In this document: one piece after another, positions 59,870-64,000 of the stretch
Numbering within the stretch: the first letter of the stretch is position 1
Layout: each line of letters starts with the position of its first letter
NCBI GenBank assembly: GCA_963797095.1
Contig: CAWCNY010000003.1
Coordinates: 800,001-864,000 of the forward strand
Length of the DNA: 64,000 bases
From: an uncultured Chloroflexia bacterium
GTDB lineage: Bacteria; Chloroflexota; Chloroflexia; QHBQ01; JADMIH01
Direction of reading: 5' to 3'
Program-made: the position numbers and the translations under genes
The notes under the pieces: model-generated
What the model was told of the DNA's origin: nothing
The model's input: the letters and a program-made list of their open reading frames with translations, nothing else
Database searches by the model: none

Positions 59870-60379
59870 TTACGTCGGTGATGGGAAGATGCCCACCAGG
59901 GCGATGCAGAAATTGAGCGTCAAGAACGGCTGCACATTCAGGTGCGCCTGGCTTCCGCCGGCATTAGTCACCGAACCGGCCACCAGCGTGGTGAGGTTTT
60001 GAGCCGGGCCGTAAATGTTGTTCACGGTGCGCGCAAGGATGTTGCCCGACGGTGTGTTGGGCACGGGCGCGTTGCCGTCGCTGGCCGAGGCTTGCAGCGT
60101 GTGCGCGTGCTGAGGCATCTCGCTGGTCGTCAGAGTGTGGTTGACCTCTCCGGCCCTCTCACCCAATGTGTGACTTGAGCCGAAGTGGAGAGGCACGCGC
60201 CCCTGCAAATTGGGCAGGGCAAAGTTGGTCTGGCCGTTGCCCCCATACGTTGTACCGAGCAACGAAAATAGCGCCTGGTTCTGATTGATAGGCAGCAGTT
60301 GCCCGTTGCACAACGCCCAGTTTCGCGGGGCAAAATTAAAACTCACGATCCTGATCTCGCTTAGAAATGGCTCGGACAT
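59870..60379 (-). CDS. Phage tail collar domain protein, paralog 1
   Basis: MSEPFLSEIRIVSFNFAPRNWALCNGQLLPINQNQALFSLLGTTYGG...HLNVQPFLTLNFCIALVGIFPSPT. Confidence 0.9.
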   Translation of the reverse strand: MSEPFLSEIRIVSFNFAPRNWALCNGQLLPINQNQALFSLLGTTYGGNGQTNFALPNLQGRVPLHFGSSHTLGERAGEVNHTLTTSEMPQHAHTLQASASDGNAPVPNTPSGNILARTVNNIYGPAQNLTTLVAGSVTNAGGSQAHLNVQPFLTLNFCIALVGIFPSPT

Positions 60380-60427
60380 GCGGACCCCCGTTGGAGAATA
60401 GTATTATTGAACCGGCATGCTCATGCT

Positions 60428-60456
60428 AGCATAAGTTATGTGTGCAGCCCTGTCAA
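60428..60456 (-). promoter_or_regulatory. Sigma70-type promoter for the tail-collar operon
   Basis: Minus strand TTGACA (60456-60451), 17 bp, TATGCT (60433-60428). Confidence 0.65.
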
Positions 60457-60548
60457 GACCACGGGAAGCCAACTTCAGACAGGCTCAGCCCAGGGTTGAT
60501 ATAATGGTCCCAGACTACACCAACATAGATCAAAGACGCGATAGCTTT

Positions 60549-63233
60549 ATGGATTCCATTCTACTGGCAACCAAACTCCAGATTCCCCCGCAATCCTCTC
60601 ACGTGGTGCGGCGCACCCGCCTGGTCGATGCACTCGAACAAGCTGTCCCGCGCTACAAGGTGATCTTGCTCTCGGCTCCTGCCGGCTACGGCAAGACCAC
60701 CCTACTTTCACAATGGGCAACCACCAGCCGCTTCCCGGTGGCCTGGCTTTCTATCAGCGAGGAAGACAACGACCTGGATCGCTTCTTCCGCTACCTCCTG
60801 ACGGCCTGGGAGAAGATTCAGCCGGGCGTCAAAGAAAGCCGACTCGGCATCCTTTTGGGCGCGATGACCCCTGATAGCCGGGGGGTGCTATCGGCGTTCG
60901 TCAATCTCGCCAACGACCTCCCCGACCACGTCGTCTTTGTCCTCGACGATTACGATCTGATTGAAGACCCATCTATCCACCAGGCCCTGACCTTCCTGCT
61001 CGATCACCTCCCGCCAACCCTCCACTTCGTGCTGGCCGGGCGGGCCGGGCCGCCCCTCCCCCTCGCCCGCTACCGCGCACGCCATCAGTTGATCGAGCTC
61101 CGCAGCGAGGACCTCCAATTCGTGCAGGACGAAGCGGTCGATTTCCTCAACCAAATGATGGGGCTTGATCTTGCCCAGGATCAGGTAGCCAGGCTGCAAG
61201 TCCAGCTTGAAGGTTGGATCGCCGGTCTGCAATTGATGGCGCTGAGCCTCCAGCGCCATCGCCCGCAGGATGGTTCCAGGGAAACGGATAATCTCCTCGT
61301 TACCGGCAGACATCGCTTCGTCGCCGATTACCTCAGCGAGGACGTTCTCGCCCGCCTGCCGGGCGACATACGGCAATTCCTCCTTCAAACTGCTATCCTG
61401 GACGGGCTTTGCGGTTCGTTGTGCGACGCAGTCACCGAGAGCGGAGGCGGCCAGCAACTCCTTGAGCTATTGGAACGAGAGAACCTTTTCCTGGTGCCTC
61501 TGGACGACAACCGCGAGTGGTTCCGCTACCACAATCTCTTCGCCGACTTTCTCCGGCAAGAGCTTAACCGCCAAGACCCCGGCCAGGTAGCCGGCCTCCA
61601 TCGCCGGGCCGCGCGCTGGTACCTGGCTCACGATCTGCCCGATCAAGCCCTCCATCACGCGGTGGCAGCGACCGATCCAGGCATCGCGCTGCAAATATTC
61701 GACCTCTACATCAACGTGAAGCTGAATACAGGCCAGTTGCGCGTCGTCAAACGCTGGCTCAACTCCCTGCCGGAGAAATGGCTTTCCAAATACCCTGCGT
61801 TCGGCATCGCCCAGGCAGGCTTGCTGATCTTCACCGGCGCGTTCGACGCTTGCGTGCGTCGCATTGATGAAATAGAGCGAAGCCTGGAACCTGTAGAGAG
61901 CACACAAGCCCGACAGCAGTTGGCAAAGGTGAACGCCGTTCGCTGCGCCGTCGCGTGCATTCAAAACGACGTGGCGCAAGCAGAAACTTACGCGGACCTG
62001 GCCCTCCAGGACATATCTGAGGAGGACGATACCTCGCTGCACCTGGCCTACGGCGCGCTTGGCGACGCCTACCGCCGCACAGGACGCTGGGAAGAAGCCA
62101 GACGGTGCTACCTCAAGCTGCTCGCCCTCCCACCCAACCCTTCCTATCATTTTCACTCGGTGCACATATTCGGGGCCCTGGCCGACCTCGAATTGCGGCA
62201 AGGCCGCTTGCGCAATGCCGCCGCATACTGGAAAAAGGCCCTCGCAGGCATCCAGGAACGCCAATCGTGGGGCAATTTCCCTCTCCCCCTGCACGGCTGG
62301 GTACACATCCGGGTGGGCGAGATCCTGTACGAGTGGAACGAGTTGGCCGAGGCCGGCGAGCACCTGTCGCGTGGGTTGGAGCGAGCCGAACTGGGGGGCG
62401 ACGTGCAGGCCATGATCGCGGGCTACCTCCTTGCGGGTCGCCTCAAGCTGACCACAGGCGACCCGCAAGCGGCAGGTGATTACCTGGAGCGGGCGCGCGC
62501 CCTGGTAGACAACGCTCAGTTTCCAGGTTGGACCACCCGCTTCCAACGCTTTCAACTCGAGTTCTGGCTGACCCAGGATAGGCTCCGGGATGCTGTTGGT
62601 TGGGCCGGCGAAATGGCGCGAAGCGGCTCACCGGAAGGTCAGCAGAACGACGAGGAAACGCAGCTCGCGCTGGCACGCTTTTTGCTCGCCAGGGGTGACA
62701 GTACATCCCTTGAGCAGGTGTTGTCACTGCTCGCGCCCCTGGTCCGCGAAGCGGAAACATCCGGCAGGATGGGCATCCAGATCGAGGCCCTCGCCCTTCA
62801 CGCTCTCGCTCACTGGCGGTGCGGCGATCACGTAAGCGCCATGACCTCCCTCGAACGCGCCTTGCGCCTGGCCGAACCTGAAGGGTACATTCGCCTTTTC
62901 GTTGACCTGGGGCTTCCAGTGGCCCGGCTACTCCAGGAAGCCCGTTCCCGCGACGTAATGCCCGATTATGTCGAAACGCTGCTCGCGGCCTTCGGCGGCG
63001 ACCCGTCTTCAGCAACCTCCACACAGCAAGCGTTGCCTGAGCCGCTTTCCCCTCGCGAGCAAGAGGTCTTGCGACTGCTCGCCGCCGGCCTCACCAACCA
63101 CGAGATCGGTGAGAGCCTGGTCATTTCATCGGAAACGGCCAAGAAGCACGTCGGCAATATATGCGCCAAGCTCGGCGTCCGCAACCGCACCGAGGCCGTC
63201 GCCAGGGCCAGAGAGCTTAACCTGCTCAACTAG
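60549..63233 (+). CDS. MalT-like (LAL) ATP-dependent LuxR family regulator
   Basis: LLATKL.IP, SAPAGYGKTTL, VLDDY, EGWIAGLQL, WFRYHNLFA and EPLSPREQEVL...KLGVRNRTEA. Confidence 0.93.
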   Translation: MDSILLATKLQIPPQSSHVVRRTRLVDALEQAVPRYKVILLSAPAGYGKTTLLSQWATTSRFPVAWLSISEEDNDLDRFFRYLLTAWEKIQPGVKESRLGILLGAMTPDSRGVLSAFVNLANDLPDHVVFVLDDYDLIEDPSIHQALTFLLDHLPPTLHFVLAGRAGPPLPLARYRARHQLIELRSEDLQFVQDEAVDFLNQMMGLDLAQDQVARLQVQLEGWIAGLQLMALSLQRHRPQDGSRETDNLLVTGRHRFVADYLSEDVLARLPGDIRQFLLQTAILDGLCGSLCDAVTESGGGQQLLELLERENLFLVPLDDNREWFRYHNLFADFLRQELNRQDPGQVAGLHRRAARWYLAHDLPDQALHHAVAATDPGIALQIFDLYINVKLNTGQLRVVKRWLNSLPEKWLSKYPAFGIAQAGLLIFTGAFDACVRRIDEIERSLEPVESTQARQQLAKVNAVRCAVACIQNDVAQAETYADLALQDISEEDDTSLHLAYGALGDAYRRTGRWEEARRCYLKLLALPPNPSYHFHSVHIFGALADLELRQGRLRNAAAYWKKALAGIQERQSWGNFPLPLHGWVHIRVGEILYEWNELAEAGEHLSRGLERAELGGDVQAMIAGYLLAGRLKLTTGDPQAAGDYLERARALVDNAQFPGWTTRFQRFQLEFWLTQDRLRDAVGWAGEMARSGSPEGQQNDEETQLALARFLLARGDSTSLEQVLSLLAPLVREAETSGRMGIQIEALALHALAHWRCGDHVSAMTSLERALRLAEPEGYIRLFVDLGLPVARLLQEARSRDVMPDYVETLLAAFGGDPSSATSTQQALPEPLSPREQEVLRLLAAGLTNHEIGESLVISSETAKKHVGNICAKLGVRNRTEAVARARELNLLN

Positions 63234-63313
63234 CCTCGCCGCTCCCCACACAATCAAGAATACCCATCCTCAGTACGCCATCCACCCCAGGCCGAGTACA
63301 ATACCCCACTCGA

Positions 63314-63358
63314 ATGCCCCGTTTGGGGCATCATCTTTTCGCGCCGTCCATTTACACT
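63314..63358 (+). promoter_or_regulatory. Palindrome plus -10 upstream of the monooxygenase (candidate LAL operator)
   Basis: ATGCCCC-GTTT-GGGGCAT (63314-63331), upstream AATACCC half-sites, and TACACT at 63353-63358. Confidence 0.55.
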
Positions 63359-63413
63359 CAGAATCAAGAATGTGCCCAATAGGGCCTCAATAGAACGAAA
63401 GGGAGTTGCAACT

Positions 63414-64000
63414 ATGGAAAGAATAGAAACTGTAATCGTTGGCGGCGGGCAAGCTGGACTGGCAACAAGCTACTATCTTACGCAAGCGGGGCACGAGCAC
63501 GTTGTTCTGGAGCGGGCAGCCCAGGCGGGCAACGCCTGGCGCAATGGCCGCTGGGATTCCTTCACGCTGGTCACTCCCAACTGGACCTTCAAGATGCCCG
63601 GCGCGGAGTACGACGGCCCCGACCGCGGTGCCTATATGCCGCGTGACGAGGTCGTCTCATACTTCGAACGCTACATCGAGCGCTTCCAGGTGCCAATACG
63701 CTACAACACGGGCGTGCTCTCCATCCAGCCGCTGGATGGCAAAGGCTACAGGGTCCAAACCAGTGACCGTGTGATAGACGCGGATAACGTGGTAATAGCC
63801 ACCGGCCTGGAGCAGTCGCCCAGGATCCCGCCGTTCGCCAGGAACATCTGGCCCGGCATTACTCAGATGCACAGCAGCGCATATCGCAATCCCCGGTCGC
63901 TCCCCTCCGGTGCGGTGCTGGTCGTCGGCAGCGCGCAATCGGGCTGCCAGATCGCCGAAGAGCTATATCTCGACGGCAGGCAAGTTTACCTCGCCACGGG
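63414..64000 (+). CDS. Flavin-containing monooxygenase-like oxidoreductase (partial; runs off the window)
   Basis: AAAGGGAG RBS; MERIETVIVGGGQAGL, RWDSFTLVTPNW, VVIATG, HSSAYRNP and VLVVGSAQSGCQIAEEL. Not in the ORF track because there is no stop. Confidence 0.9.
   Translation, partial: MERIETVIVGGGQAGLATSYYLTQAGHEHVVLERAAQAGNAWRNGRWDSFTLVTPNWTFKMPGAEYDGPDRGAYMPRDEVVSYFERYIERFQVPIRYNTGVLSIQPLDGKGYRVQTSDRVIDADNVVIATGLEQSPRIPPFARNIWPGITQMHSSAYRNPRSLPSGAVLVVGSAQSGCQIAEELYLDGRQVYLAT

Noticed and set aside
58752-60379. Prophage or contractile injection system
   Set aside because: No other phage structural, packaging, lysis or integration genes; the flanks are ordinary chromosomal genes.

Overview
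A high-GC bacterial chromosomal segment, most consistent with Chloroflexota. This is inferred from Cys-flanked SLH domains, PT linkers, a WQRADKPV...RSWLWG surface domain, and several STAND-TPR-LuxR/BTAD regulators. I found no rRNA, tRNA, CRISPR array, integrase or transposase. Contents in order: a frameshifted CopC-CopD-YtkA-like copper protein; a class II Fic-HTH gene with a long inverted repeat over its start; MarR with MFS and RND efflux pumps; a SAM methyltransferase; a 1769-aa SLH-anchored surface protein; a partly decayed TetR/ArsR-SRPBCC/hydrolase region; a hydrolase-glycosyltransferase fusion; a BTAD regulator divergent from a YrdC-like gene and a BBE-type oxidase; a form I aerobic Mo-Cu CO dehydrogenase cluster (coxMSL with AYRCSFR, coxE, XdhC-family genes, coxG, no coxD); two NB-ARC-TPR-LuxR regulators around secreted proteins; a polysaccharide-lyase-like lipoprotein; a phage-free module of three tail-collar paralogs, GNAT, DUF6916-like protein and Tat-exported binding protein; a MalT-like regulator; and a partial flavin monooxygenase. 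The most intriguing signals are the tail-collar module and a dispersed family of 7/14-bp tandem arrays that carry stop codons and form the 3' ends of unrelated genes. All family calls come from motif recognition, not database searches.
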